From an uncultured Methanomassiliicoccales archaeon (lineage in GTDB: Archaea; Thermoplasmatota; Thermoplasmata; RBG-16-68-12; EA-27): DNA of 64,000 nucleotides. A model generated the notes under the pieces. The model did no database searches, was not told where the DNA came from, and was given only the letters and a program-made list of their open reading frames with translations. This document shows positions 47,477 to 57,536 of the stretch, in pieces. The DNA lies in the NCBI GenBank assembly GCA_964396265.1, contig CAYNEM010000015.1, positions 1,182 through 65,181 of the forward strand. Direction: 5' to 3'. The position numbers and the translations under genes are program-made. Positions within the stretch are counted from its first letter, which is position 1, and each line of letters begins with the position of its first letter.

Positions 47477-48484
47477 ATGGCACACGCCGTCGAGACGAAG
47501 GCACTGACCCGCATCTTCTCCGTCCGGAAGAAGATCTTCCGCCGCAAGAAGGCGGAGAACGCGAGCTCCGAGGGTCCCGTCACCGCGCTGGGCGGGGTCG
47601 ACCTGGAAATCCATGATGGCGAGCTGTTCGGACTGCTCGGTCCGAACGGCGCAGGGAAGACCACGGTCATCAAGGTCCTCTCGACCCTCCTCCTCCCGAC
47701 CTCCGGCATGGCGAAGGTGGCGGGGTTCGACGTCGCGAAGGACGCATTCCAGATCCGCACGCGAATCAACATGGTCAGCGGGGGGGAGACGAGCGGGTAT
47801 GGCCTCCTCACGACGCGCGAGAACATCTGGATGTTCTCCCAGTTCTACGGCGTCCCCAGCAAGGTCGCGAAGGAGCGCGTCGACGAGCTGCTTCACACGT
47901 TCGGCCTCTGGGAGAAGCGTGACGCGAAGGTCCGAACGCTGTCGAGCGGACAGCGTCAGAAGATGAACATGATCCGCGGGTTCGTCACAGACCCGCAAAT
48001 CTTCTTTCTGGACGAGCCCACGCTGGGCCTCGACGTGAACGCCTCCCGCGTCATCCGCGAATACGTGAGCAGCTGGGTGCGCTCGAACAAAGAGAAGACC
48101 GTGCTCCTCACGACGCACTACATGCAGGAGGCGGACGACATGTGCGACCGCCTCGCGATCATCGACAAAGGCAAGATCCTGGCGGTGGACACGCCGCAGA
48201 ACCTGAAGCGGCGCCTCAAGAAGGAGACGACGTTCCGCCTAGAGGTCGACCCGCTGAAGGACGCGGCGAGGTTCAAGGCGATCCCGGGCGTGAAGAACTT
48301 CAGCCTGACGGGCGACGGCGGCGCGAGCCTCGTGAAGCTCACGTTCATCCTCGACGACGAGTCGGCGGTGAGCGACATCGTGAGCGAGGTCGTCAGCCAG
48401 GGCTCGAGGATCCACTACCTCCAGAAGTCGGAGCCGACCCTCGAGGACGTGTTCATCAGCATGGTCGGGAGGTCGCTCGAGTGA
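47477..48484 (+). CDS. ABC exporter ATP-binding protein
   Basis: GPNGAGKTT, LSSGQ, FFLDEPT, TTH. Confidence 0.93.
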   Translation: MAHAVETKALTRIFSVRKKIFRRKKAENASSEGPVTALGGVDLEIHDGELFGLLGPNGAGKTTVIKVLSTLLLPTSGMAKVAGFDVAKDAFQIRTRINMVSGGETSGYGLLTTRENIWMFSQFYGVPSKVAKERVDELLHTFGLWEKRDAKVRTLSSGQRQKMNMIRGFVTDPQIFFLDEPTLGLDVNASRVIREYVSSWVRSNKEKTVLLTTHYMQEADDMCDRLAIIDKGKILAVDTPQNLKRRLKKETTFRLEVDPLKDAARFKAIPGVKNFSLTGDGGASLVKLTFILDDESAVSDIVSEVVSQGSRIHYLQKSEPTLEDVFISMVGRSLE

Positions 48485-49365
48485 CGGCGACCGTGAACCC
48501 GGTAACCCTCAACCTCCGGGCGATCTGGGGCCGCGCGTACGTTCGCATCGTGGGGGCGAACCGGGAGCCGTCGTGGATCTTCTTCGATGGGATCCTTCCC
48601 CTGCTCGGGATCGCTGCCTACGTTTACATCTACAAGGGGTTCTTCATCGGTAACTCGACGCCGGAGGCTTTGGCGGCGGTCAACGCGCTCGTCGGTTTCG
48701 TCGTCCTCGGCGGCGTGATGATCGCGTTCTGGATGAACGTCCTCTGGTCGATGGCCTCCCAGCTGTACTGGGAGAAGGAGATGGGGAACCTGCAGCTGTA
48801 CATGCTGGCCCCGATGTCCCGCATGGCCCTCCTGGGCGGGATGGCGATCGGCGGGGTCTTCATGACGTCGGTCCGCGCCCTCGTCACCCTGGTCGCGGGC
48901 ATCTACGTCTTCGGCGTCCACTTCCAGCTCGCGAACCCGCTCCTGCTCGTCGGCGTGTTCTTCGTCACCCTGATCGCCCTATACGGGATGGGGATGCTGT
49001 TCGCGTCCCTCTATCTCATGTGGGGACGCGAGGCGTATCACATGTCGTCCCTGCTGGAGGAGCCGATCTTCCTCGTCTCGGGCTTCTACTTCCCGATCGG
49101 CGCCTTCGCGAACCCGAACTTCGCCCCGTGGGGGCGGGCCGTCATGGTCGGTGGTTCCCTCATCCCCGCCACCCTCGGGCTCGACGCCCTTCGCCAGCTC
49201 CTGTTCCCCGCGTCCTCGCAGAACTTCGTGTTCCTCCCCGTGCAAACGGAACTCCTCATCTTGGTTGGCCTCGCTTTCGTGTTCTTCTTCGTCGCCCGTT
49301 ACTCCCTTCGATACATGGAAATGCTCGCCCGGCGAGACGGGAGGCTGACCACACGGCATCAGTGA
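48481..49365 (+). CDS. ABC-2 permease
   Basis: Six TM helices; WEKEMGNL, SGFYFPI; GTGA overlap. Confidence 0.88.
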   Translation: MTATVNPVTLNLRAIWGRAYVRIVGANREPSWIFFDGILPLLGIAAYVYIYKGFFIGNSTPEALAAVNALVGFVVLGGVMIAFWMNVLWSMASQLYWEKEMGNLQLYMLAPMSRMALLGGMAIGGVFMTSVRALVTLVAGIYVFGVHFQLANPLLLVGVFFVTLIALYGMGMLFASLYLMWGREAYHMSSLLEEPIFLVSGFYFPIGAFANPNFAPWGRAVMVGGSLIPATLGLDALRQLLFPASSQNFVFLPVQTELLILVGLAFVFFFVARYSLRYMEMLARRDGRLTTRHQ

Positions 49366-50252
49366 ACGCGAGCGCGGCCCGCCTCTGGCGCTCGTTCAAA
49401 TGGGCCTCGTGGCTCGGCTGGCAGATCGAGTCGAACTGGACGGAGCCCTGGCTGTTCGCAATCTACTCCATCATCAAACCGGTCGCGGGCGCTTTCATCC
49501 TCGTGTTCATGTACGTCGTCTTCGCCGCCATCGGCACCGGGGGCAACTTCACCGACCCCGCGGGACTCGCCCGGTTCAACTTCATGTACATCGGGAATGC
49601 GTTCTTTATCTTCGTCGGCAACACTCTGTTCGGGACCTTCCAGGTCATCCAGTCCGATCGGGAGTGGTACCAGACCCTCCGGTATGTCTACATCTCACCG
49701 ATCTCCTACTACACGTACATCGTAGGCCGCGCTGCCACGAAGGTCCTCATCTCGACGTTCGGCGTCTTGATCACCCTCGGATTCGGGGTGGCCTTCCTCC
49801 ACATCCAGCTCGACCTCTCCCTCGGGGAGGTCCCTGCCTTCGTCGCGGCGCTCGTCCTCGGGGCACTCACCCTCGTGGGCATCGGCGTCTCGCTCGCGGC
49901 CCTGTCGTTCGTGACCGCGCGCCATGTCCGCGGCCTGGCCGAGGGCGTCCCTGGGATCTTCTACTTGTTCTGCGGGGTCCTGTTCCCGCTTTCGATCCTT
50001 CCGGATTGGGGGGTGGGTCTGGGGAAGGCGATCCCCCTCACGTACTGGTTCGAGATCATCCGGAGGATCCTCATGCCGGCGTCCATGCTCCAGGCCTCGC
50101 CCACGGGACTCGAGACCTTCGGCGCGAACGAGGTCATCCTTCTCCTCCTCGTCTCGGCAATGCTGTTCTTCGTGATGTCCGTCGGCCTGTTCCGCCTGAT
50201 GGAGTTCCTCGCCCGCCGATCCGGAAAACTCGACATGACAACGGCTTACTGA
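49362..50252 (+). CDS. ABC-2 permease
   Basis: Six TM helices; DREWYQTL, CGVLFPLSILPDW, PLTY; GTGA overlap. Confidence 0.88.
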   Translation: MNASAARLWRSFKWASWLGWQIESNWTEPWLFAIYSIIKPVAGAFILVFMYVVFAAIGTGGNFTDPAGLARFNFMYIGNAFFIFVGNTLFGTFQVIQSDREWYQTLRYVYISPISYYTYIVGRAATKVLISTFGVLITLGFGVAFLHIQLDLSLGEVPAFVAALVLGALTLVGIGVSLAALSFVTARHVRGLAEGVPGIFYLFCGVLFPLSILPDWGVGLGKAIPLTYWFEIIRRILMPASMLQASPTGLETFGANEVILLLLVSAMLFFVMSVGLFRLMEFLARRSGKLDMTTAY

Positions 50253-50581
50253 GGTCGCCGTCGCGCTTTCTGCTCCCGGAGATAGGGGAAGCGCATGACC
50301 GTGCCGCACGCGAGACACGTCGTCACGACGCGCGATTCCCCGATGCGCACCCGCGCGGTCTTTGGCGGCAGGAGGTACGCGCGGCAGCCCTTGCACACGC
50401 GCCGCTTGTGTTCGGAGGGAAGCCGCACGTTGTATCGCATGCCGATGCGGCGGCCCAGGTCGACGTAACGGTTCGCGCGGACCAGGTTCCCCTTGAGGGC
50501 CTCTTGCTCGGCGAGCTGGAAGAGCCGGTCGATCCGCTCGCGGGCGATCTTCCGCTCCTGCCCCTTCTTCCGCTTCGGCAC
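50246..50581 (-). CDS. rnp4: RNase P protein component 4 (Rpp21)
   Basis: IARERIDRLF, RYVDL, KRRVCKGC, CLACG..MRFPY. Confidence 0.93.
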   Translation of the reverse strand: MPKRKKGQERKIARERIDRLFQLAEQEALKGNLVRANRYVDLGRRIGMRYNVRLPSEHKRRVCKGCRAYLLPPKTARVRIGESRVVTTCLACGTVMRFPYLREQKARRRPQ

Positions 50582-50663
50582 GACCCCCGGTAAGAGGGCG
50601 GTGCGATAAAGCGTTCCGCCGCCAAACCTTTTAGCATGACGCCCGATACGCGGCCGAGAGTCC

Positions 50664-51752
50664 ATGACCAAACGCATGAACCGTTTCTTCAGGAGAATCG
50701 ACGACGGCGTGGACCTCGTCGTGTTCGCGAACTCGACGGAGCCCCACATCGACATGTCCTTCATGTACGCGACGGGGCTCACGGACGGACTGTTCGAGGG
50801 GTGTGCGGCGTTCTGCCACCCGGATGGCGGTGTCGAGATCACCACCTCCGCGCTGGAAGAGCAGACCGCGACCCACGCGGGTCTGCCCCTCCACGTGTTT
50901 CGAACGCGGGACGAGAGGGTGGGGCATCTCAAGAGGCTCCTGAAGGGGCACCGGAAGATCGGGCTCAACGACGCGGAGATCACGCACCGGGCGGCTCAGG
51001 AGCTCCGGAAGCTCGCGCCCAAGGCCTCGTTCGTCGATGTGAGCCAAGCGATTATGAAAACGCGCCTCGTCAAGGACGATGGCGAGATCGCCCTCCTCCG
51101 GAGAGCCGCCAGGATCGCGTCGGATGCGCTCGCCGAGGTCCTTCCGGGCATGGGGCCGGGCGACGTCGAGAGCAGGATCGCCGCCAAACTTGTCTACGCG
51201 ATGCAGGAGAGGGGCGCGACGGGGGCGTCGTTCCACACGATCGTCGGCAGCGGCCCCAACAGCGCCGAGCCCCACTACACGGCCGGCCCGCGAAAGCTCC
51301 GGAAGGGCGATTTCGTCGTGATCGACTTCGGCGCGAGGTACAAGCTGTACTGCTCCGACGTCACGCGCACCGTCGTGGTCGGGAAGGCGACGGAGAAGCA
51401 ACGGGACATGTATGACACCGTCCAGCGCGCGCAGGCGGCGGCCATGCGGATGATGCGGCCCGGGGTGAAGGCGAAGGCGGTCGACACGGCCGCACGCGAT
51501 CTCATCGATGGGACGGCCTACCAGGGACGCTTCATCCACGGCCTCGGCCACAGTGTGGGCCTCGCCGTGCACGATGGCGGCGGCCTGAACCAGGCAAGCG
51601 ACCTCGTCCTGCGGAAGAACATGGTGTTCACCAACGAGCCGGGCGTCTACGTGCCGGGCTATGGCGGCGTCCGCATCGAAGATGATGTGCTGATCACGGG
51701 CAAGGCCCCGAGGCTACTCTCGACCGCACCCCGGGATCTCATCGAGCTGTAG
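50664..51752 (+). CDS. pepQ: Xaa-Pro dipeptidase/aminopeptidase (M24B)
   Basis: PHY, IDFG..YCSDVTRT, HGLGHSVG, EPGVY, GVRIED. Confidence 0.9.
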   Translation: MTKRMNRFFRRIDDGVDLVVFANSTEPHIDMSFMYATGLTDGLFEGCAAFCHPDGGVEITTSALEEQTATHAGLPLHVFRTRDERVGHLKRLLKGHRKIGLNDAEITHRAAQELRKLAPKASFVDVSQAIMKTRLVKDDGEIALLRRAARIASDALAEVLPGMGPGDVESRIAAKLVYAMQERGATGASFHTIVGSGPNSAEPHYTAGPRKLRKGDFVVIDFGARYKLYCSDVTRTVVVGKATEKQRDMYDTVQRAQAAAMRMMRPGVKAKAVDTAARDLIDGTAYQGRFIHGLGHSVGLAVHDGGGLNQASDLVLRKNMVFTNEPGVYVPGYGGVRIEDDVLITGKAPRLLSTAPRDLIEL

Positions 51753-51796
51753 AAGCTGGGCCCCCGAGCGGTGGCCGTCGGTTTCGTACCGTTCGC

Positions 51797-53899
51797 TCAG
51801 GCGAGGGAACCCCACCGGCGGGCCCGGACGCCTCGAGAGCGCCCACGCCCACCGTCCCCCTCCCCCACGTCGTCGTCGCCATCCCCGCCATCGCCCCCGT
51901 CGTGGTCCCCCTCGTCTTCGTCGCCGTCGCGGCCGTCGTCGTCGTCGCCACCGTCGCCGCCGTCGTCATCGTCGGGTGCCTGTTCGACGACCACCGTGCC
52001 GGTCAGGATTGTCACACCGCCGTCGTCATCCTCAACACTGAGCTGCCATCCGAACGACCGAGCCTGCCCCCCTTCCCGATCGTCGTCCTCATCGTCCCCG
52101 TCGTCGCCCACATCTCGGTCGCGCCCACCCTCATCGTCGGCGTCATCGTCACCGCGGCCGTCGTCATCGTCATCGTCGTCACCGCCAGTGTCGCCCCCAC
52201 ACACGACTCGTTGCACGTCTGTGACGTTACGGGGGTTCTCGTCGGGGCTCGGGTCGGGATCCGGGACGACCGCAGGCTCGTTCGGGTACGTGACGGGGGA
52301 GGAATAGCCCGTGCAGTCCCCGGACCACGTGAACGTCAGGTCGTCGCTGCCCGGGTCGGTCGCGACCGCGGTGAACACGAAGACCGTCCCGCGGGTTCCC
52401 TCGTGATCGTCGTCCCCGACGCGCCCGCCTCCACACCCCTCATCGGCGCCGCCATCCCCCTCATCGTCCCCGTCGTAATCGCCTTCGCGCCCACTCTCAT
52501 CGTCGTCGTCATCGTCGTCGTCATCACGATCTTGGTCCTGGCAAACGAGGATGGACACGGAGATCGACGGGGCGATGTTCGATATGGTCAACGGCGCATC
52601 GGCCGTTGCAGTGAACTCGCCGTCGCTGACCTCGACGCGAGCCTGCGCGGACAGATCATCTCCGAACGTGGACGCCGCCGAGGGATCCGAGGACCACGCC
52701 GTGTCCCAGATCCCGTCCGACGTGAAATCCCAGCGGAACTGCATCGGGTCGCCGTTCGGGTCCGACGAGGCTCCCGCGGAGAATGTGATCGTGTCGCCCT
52801 CGACCCCCACGTATCCGGGGCCCGCATTCGGCACGGGGGGCAGAGGCACGCGGAACACGTCCATCAGAGGCTGTTCGCTCACCGCTTCCGGCATGGCGTC
52901 GTCGCCGACGCTCACGGCCGCGCGCGGCAGGCCGACGCGCGAAGGCGTGATGTGCGGCGTCGTCATCGTGTAGGAGAACGTGCGGGTCACGTACGGCGTG
53001 GGCTGGTCGTTCGGGGGCTTGTTCGTGACGTCCGCGGCCGGCAGGTTCGCGACCCAGAAGATGGTGGTCGACCCATCCCCGTTCGAGGTCAAGGAATACC
53101 CTGCGGGGGAGATACTGCCCGTGTCGAGGTCGTAGCCCGCGGGGATCCGGTCCGACACGCGCGCGGTCGGCGCGTCCGGCGCTGGGAGGGAGTCGCCCTC
53201 GTCGGAGATTGCTAGGTTCGTTGCCCGGAGGACCACATCCAGCGCCTGCCCGGCGGTTTCTGGGATCTCGCCCCAGAAGGCGCCGTTCACGGTCTTCCCG
53301 ACGACGGGGCTCGCGTGCTCCCGGAGATACGCCCACACCTGGTCCTGCGTCCCGCCGGGCCCACCCTGCGCGTCCCCAAGGAACGATTCCATTCCGAACG
53401 GTGCGATCTCGCCGCCAAGGAAGACCGGCACGTCGGCATGTACGAACTGCCGCTCCTCCGTGCACCACCACGGGGGCATCGAGAGGATCCCGCGCGCGAC
53501 GAAGTCCCCGTACCCGTAGGTCTCGGAGCTGCCGGCGGGGATCGTGGCATCGCTAAGGATGCCGTCCTGAGTCGTCAGGTCCGCGTCGAACGTGTCGGCC
53601 GGGTTCGGGCTCAATAGCATTACGTACTCGGTGACCGCCACGTCCCCGGTCGAGGTGCTGCTCACCTCGTACCCGAGGGCCGCTGTGTCCGTCTGACCCC
53701 CGATTGTATACGTCACATCGACCTGCGAGATGGTGATCAGGCCGCGACTATACGCCTCCCAGATGAGCATCGTGCTCGACGTGCTCGAAGGCGAGATCGG
53801 AAGAGCGCTTCCCGCCGGGTCTTCGGGAACGGCCGTCAGCAACAATCCGGAGGACATCACGGCAAGAATTGCAAGGCTTCCGGCGAGAACCTTTCCCAT
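51797..53899 (-). CDS. Secreted PKD-domain protein with Asp/Gly-rich tracts
   Basis: Signal peptide MGKVLAGSLAILAV; AGPGY..EG..ITF.A..SSDPNGD..FRWDF..DG.WD (PKD); three poly-Asp tracts. Confidence 0.85.
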   Translation of the reverse strand: MGKVLAGSLAILAVMSSGLLLTAVPEDPAGSALPISPSSTSSTMLIWEAYSRGLITISQVDVTYTIGGQTDTAALGYEVSSTSTGDVAVTEYVMLLSPNPADTFDADLTTQDGILSDATIPAGSSETYGYGDFVARGILSMPPWWCTEERQFVHADVPVFLGGEIAPFGMESFLGDAQGGPGGTQDQVWAYLREHASPVVGKTVNGAFWGEIPETAGQALDVVLRATNLAISDEGDSLPAPDAPTARVSDRIPAGYDLDTGSISPAGYSLTSNGDGSTTIFWVANLPAADVTNKPPNDQPTPYVTRTFSYTMTTPHITPSRVGLPRAAVSVGDDAMPEAVSEQPLMDVFRVPLPPVPNAGPGYVGVEGDTITFSAGASSDPNGDPMQFRWDFTSDGIWDTAWSSDPSAASTFGDDLSAQARVEVSDGEFTATADAPLTISNIAPSISVSILVCQDQDRDDDDDDDDDESGREGDYDGDDEGDGGADEGCGGGRVGDDDHEGTRGTVFVFTAVATDPGSDDLTFTWSGDCTGYSSPVTYPNEPAVVPDPDPSPDENPRNVTDVQRVVCGGDTGGDDDDDDDGRGDDDADDEGGRDRDVGDDGDDEDDDREGGQARSFGWQLSVEDDDGGVTILTGTVVVEQAPDDDDGGDGGDDDDGRDGDEDEGDHDGGDGGDGDDDVGEGDGGRGRSRGVRARRWGSLA

Positions 53900-54045
53900 C
53901 GTCCCCCGTCTCTTGATGCGAAGTGTGCCGACATACCTTAAGGCTTGTGCCCGGTCGCGGCGTGGTTCCCCCGCCCAGTATGTGATAATGAGCCACCGGC
54001 CGGCGCCCACGACGTTCATAACGGATTCCGCGGTTCGCCTGCGCG

Positions 54046-55050
54046 TTGCTCGTCTACCCGCCCGATTGCGTCCGCCACGTGAACCTGCCGGGCCACGTGG
54101 AGGCCCCCGAAAGGGTCGAGGCGATCATCCGGAAACTCAAATCGCTCGGGCTGGCGGACGAGTGGAGCGTGCCCGAGGCCGCAACGCGCGCGCAGATCGA
54201 ATCCATCCACGCGAAGTCGTACGTGGACCTCGTCGAGAACTTCGGCGAAGGGTACCTGGACACGGACACCGCGATCCACCCGGAAACGCACGTGTACGCG
54301 AAATTGGCGGCGGGGGGCGCGATCGCGGCGGCGCTCGCATCCGCGCGGGACGGACGGCCCACGTTCGCCCTCGTCCGGCCGCCGGGACACCACGCCGGCC
54401 CCGATTACGGCGGCGGCTTCTGCTACTTCAACAACGTGGCGATCGCCGCGACGGCCCTCGGGGCTCGATTCCCGCGCGTGGCGATCCTCGATCTGGACGC
54501 GCATCATGGGAACGGGACGAGGGACGTCTTCGCAGCACGACGAGACGTCCTGTACGTGAGCACTCACCAGTACGGGATTTTCCCAGGCACGGGCCCAGCA
54601 GAGGATGTCGGGGAGGGGAAGGGCAAGGGATTCACGGTGAACATCCCGTTCCCCGCCCGAGCGGGGGACGCGTCCTACGCCCTCGCCTTCGACGAGGTCA
54701 TCGAGCCGATCGTCCGCCAGTTCCTACCGGACACGATCCTGGTCAGCCTCGGCGCCGACGCGCACTACAAGGACCCGCTCACGGATCTGGGCCTGTCCTC
54801 TCCCGGATACGTCGCCCTCGCTGAGAGGACCCTGCAGCTCGCGCGGTCCGTCGCCGAGGGGAGGGTTGCGTTCGTGCTCGAGGGCGGGTACCATCTGCCC
54901 GCGCTCGCGGAGGTCGTCGCGGGGACCTGTGCGGCGTTCCGCGGGGAGTCGGTGCACCTCCAGTTCCGCGAGATCGTGGACCCTTCGGCCCGGGGAAAGG
55001 AAGTCGTGAGGCGCGTGCGGAAGGTCCTCGGCGGGTACTGGGACCTATGA
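54046..55050 (+). CDS. Zn-dependent histone deacetylase/AcuC-family amidohydrolase
   Basis: HVEAPER, RPPGHHA, GFCYFNN, DLDAHHGNGT, GADAH..DPL, LEGGY. Confidence 0.93.
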   Translation: MLVYPPDCVRHVNLPGHVEAPERVEAIIRKLKSLGLADEWSVPEAATRAQIESIHAKSYVDLVENFGEGYLDTDTAIHPETHVYAKLAAGGAIAAALASARDGRPTFALVRPPGHHAGPDYGGGFCYFNNVAIAATALGARFPRVAILDLDAHHGNGTRDVFAARRDVLYVSTHQYGIFPGTGPAEDVGEGKGKGFTVNIPFPARAGDASYALAFDEVIEPIVRQFLPDTILVSLGADAHYKDPLTDLGLSSPGYVALAERTLQLARSVAEGRVAFVLEGGYHLPALAEVVAGTCAAFRGESVHLQFREIVDPSARGKEVVRRVRKVLGGYWDL

Positions 55051-56187
55051 GCCGTGGTGGCCTTTCCGCTCCGCGATCCGCCGGTCCTTCTCCTTCTTGA
55101 TGTGCGCCTCGATCTGCGTAAGAAGACCGTCGAGCGTCTTGAACAGGTCCCAGTCGAAGTGCTTGAAGTGGTACAGTTCCCGGTCCGTCGCGAACCTCGC
55201 GCGGATCGACCACTTCGACTTGTCCCCGTCGGCCTTATACTGTACAATGTGGAGGTTCAGCATCCGCGGGGTGACGATGTCGCCGATTCGACGCATCGCC
55301 TTTTGGATGATTTCGTAGATCGCATCGTACACGTCCGGCTGTTCCTCGAGCCCGCTGATTTGGACGAGCAGCCCATCCCGCTCGCGGAACCGCGCGGCGA
55401 TCTCGACGACGTCCGCGGTCGTGAGGATCCCCGTGGGCTCCTGATTCTCCATGACGACGACCGTGGAAATCCGACTCTTCGCCATCGCCTCCAATGCTGT
55501 CGCGAGCTTCGCGCCGGGCGGGACCGTCACGGGCGGCTGCATGATGCTCTCGATCAAGATGTTCACGGGGTCCTTTTCCGAGGCCCGGCCCTGCCGGCCG
55601 AAGTTCTCCTTGGGTCTCGCAAACAGGTCCGCGAGGTCCTTGAGACCGACGACGCCGACGAGCTTCCGCGCTTCGTCCACCACGGGGACGGCCCGCTCCC
55701 CAAGCCCCGCCATGACGGTGCGCGCCTGGCCGACCGTCTCCTTCGCGGAGACGCACTGGGGCTGAGGCGTCATGACCTCGGCGACGGACATCCCGTCGAT
55801 CTCTTCGCACCGCGAGAGCGCGCGAACAACGTCCGAACGCGAGAGGATCCCCACGAGCCTCCCCTTCTCCGTGATCGGCAGGGTTCGATTGCCGCTCGAC
55901 AGGAACGTCTCCGCGGCCGTTGCCAAGTCGAGGTTCGGCAGCACCTCGGGGGTCTTCCGGACGAGGTGTTGTGCCTTCGACGTCGGCTTCGTGCTCTTGT
56001 GGCGGGCGATCGACGCCATGGATACGACCCCGACCAGCTTCTTGCCATCCAGGATCGGAATCTCGTGGACGTCGTTCGTCCGCATCCGCCCGAGGATCTC
56101 GGAGATCGGCTCGTCCGCGGTGCCGGTCACGACTTCGCCAGACATGAAATCGCGAACCTTCAAATCACGCAGGCGGAGCTTCGGCAT
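55045..56187 (-). CDS. 4xCBS-domain protein with C-terminal HPF/RaiA-like domain (candidate ribosome hibernation factor)
   Basis: Two CBS pairs, then VQISGL..helix..LNLHIV..WSIRARF..DWDL..L..IE. Confidence 0.8.
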   Translation of the reverse strand: MPKLRLRDLKVRDFMSGEVVTGTADEPISEILGRMRTNDVHEIPILDGKKLVGVVSMASIARHKSTKPTSKAQHLVRKTPEVLPNLDLATAAETFLSSGNRTLPITEKGRLVGILSRSDVVRALSRCEEIDGMSVAEVMTPQPQCVSAKETVGQARTVMAGLGERAVPVVDEARKLVGVVGLKDLADLFARPKENFGRQGRASEKDPVNILIESIMQPPVTVPPGAKLATALEAMAKSRISTVVVMENQEPTGILTTADVVEIAARFRERDGLLVQISGLEEQPDVYDAIYEIIQKAMRRIGDIVTPRMLNLHIVQYKADGDKSKWSIRARFATDRELYHFKHFDWDLFKTLDGLLTQIEAHIKKEKDRRIAERKGHHGS

Positions 56188-56276
56188 CGACCGCCCATCC
56201 CTTCAACCGTGCGAAGTAGTCTCCGCAAGGAGCGGGCTCTATAAATCCTTATGCGAGCCACTGCTTGCGGAGGACC

Positions 56277-56552
56277 GTGCGAACGCGGGCCCACGCGGTT
56301 TTCCGCGGCGTCGTCCAGGGCGTCAACTTCCGCGTGCAGTGTCGCGGGCACGCGCTGGGGCTCGGCCTCACGGGCTGGGTCCGGAACCTCGAGGACGGGA
56401 GCGTGGAGGCCGTGTTCGAGGGGGACCGCGAATCGATCGAGGAGGCAATCGCTTGGAATCGCACCTCGCAACCCCGCGCCGAGGTCTCAAACGTCGACGT
56501 GGAGTGGTCGCCGCCCACCGACGAGTTCCGGACCTTCGAGATCCGGCATTGA
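56277..56552 (+). CDS. acyP: Acylphosphatase
   Basis: GVVQGVNFR, GWVRNLEDGSVE. Confidence 0.95.
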   Translation: MRTRAHAVFRGVVQGVNFRVQCRGHALGLGLTGWVRNLEDGSVEAVFEGDRESIEEAIAWNRTSQPRAEVSNVDVEWSPPTDEFRTFEIRH

Positions 56553-57407
56553 TCAGCGGATGTCGACCCCGTACGTGCTCGAGGGCAGCGACCCATGGAT
56601 GACCGCCGCCATGTCCGACGTCAGGACGCCGCCGGCGCGTAGCTTGGCGGTCTTGCGTGGCACGGTCGCGGGGCCGAGCACGGCTCCCGGGCGGCGCGGA
56701 TCGTCGATGTAGTCCGTTTCCATCAAGAAGGGACCGCCCTTCCGTAAGGCCTCCCGCAGATGGTCCTCGCGCGCGAGGACGCTCGGCACGCACCCGTGGA
56801 CTTCGTCCGGCTGGACGAGGGGCGGGGAGTGATGCTTCACGACCTTTTCCCTGCGCAGGCCCGCAGCCTCGGCCAGGCGCGCGAACTCCTCGTATATCTC
56901 CGGGGTGGGGTCCTCCGTGTGGAGGATCACGGCGCAGTGCGCGTCGCGGGCGAGCTCCATCCCGTACTGCAGGACCTCGTTCGAGGCCGCCCATAGGTCC
57001 GAAGCGACCCGGAAGTGGGGCCGTCCGATCTCGCCGAGGGCGGTGGCCCTCCCCTCGCGCACCCGGTCGGCGGCGATCTCCATGCCCCGTTTCATGGAAT
57101 CGACAGCTCCGCGGAGCCCCAGCGCCTGGTCGAGTCGCAGGAGATCGACCGGATACGGGCCGAGGGCCACGAAGACTGTCACCTTCGTCTCGCGACGGAC
57201 GAGGTCCGCGGTGTGAAGCGTCCGTTCATATGCGGCCGCGTAGTCGTCGCCGGAGGCGAGCGGGAGGTCGTCATAGGGGAGGTGCGTGAGCATGAGATGC
57301 GTCCCGCCGGCCTTCTCGAACATCTTTGCGGCGTCCATGTACAGACCGCGAGGGTCGAGGTGGAAGTGATTGTCGAAGACCGCCACGGCGGGAGAATGTC
57401 GACTCAC
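56553..57407 (-). CDS. TatD-related metallohydrolase
   Basis: DNHFH, GEIGRPH, LHTE, KHH, METDYIDD. Start approximate (57407 or 57386). Confidence 0.88.
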   Translation of the reverse strand: MSRHSPAVAVFDNHFHLDPRGLYMDAAKMFEKAGGTHLMLTHLPYDDLPLASGDDYAAAYERTLHTADLVRRETKVTVFVALGPYPVDLLRLDQALGLRGAVDSMKRGMEIAADRVREGRATALGEIGRPHFRVASDLWAASNEVLQYGMELARDAHCAVILHTEDPTPEIYEEFARLAEAAGLRREKVVKHHSPPLVQPDEVHGCVPSVLAREDHLREALRKGGPFLMETDYIDDPRRPGAVLGPATVPRKTAKLRAGGVLTSDMAAVIHGSLPSSTYGVDIR

Positions 57408-57536
57408 CGTAAGGCGTTGGCGGCGTTCAGATCGCAGGGTGGAAGGAATACTCGACCGCCGTTGATTCCGGTTCTGATTTTCGGCGCTGATTCCCGGTGC
57501 GCGAGGTTCATATTCGCGGCCAAGGGGTGCACCCCG

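Noticed and set aside
51860..52530. GTC/GTCATC repeats as a possible CRISPR or non-coding repeat array
   Set aside because: No constant repeat-spacer periodicity; they encode Asp runs in a CDS.
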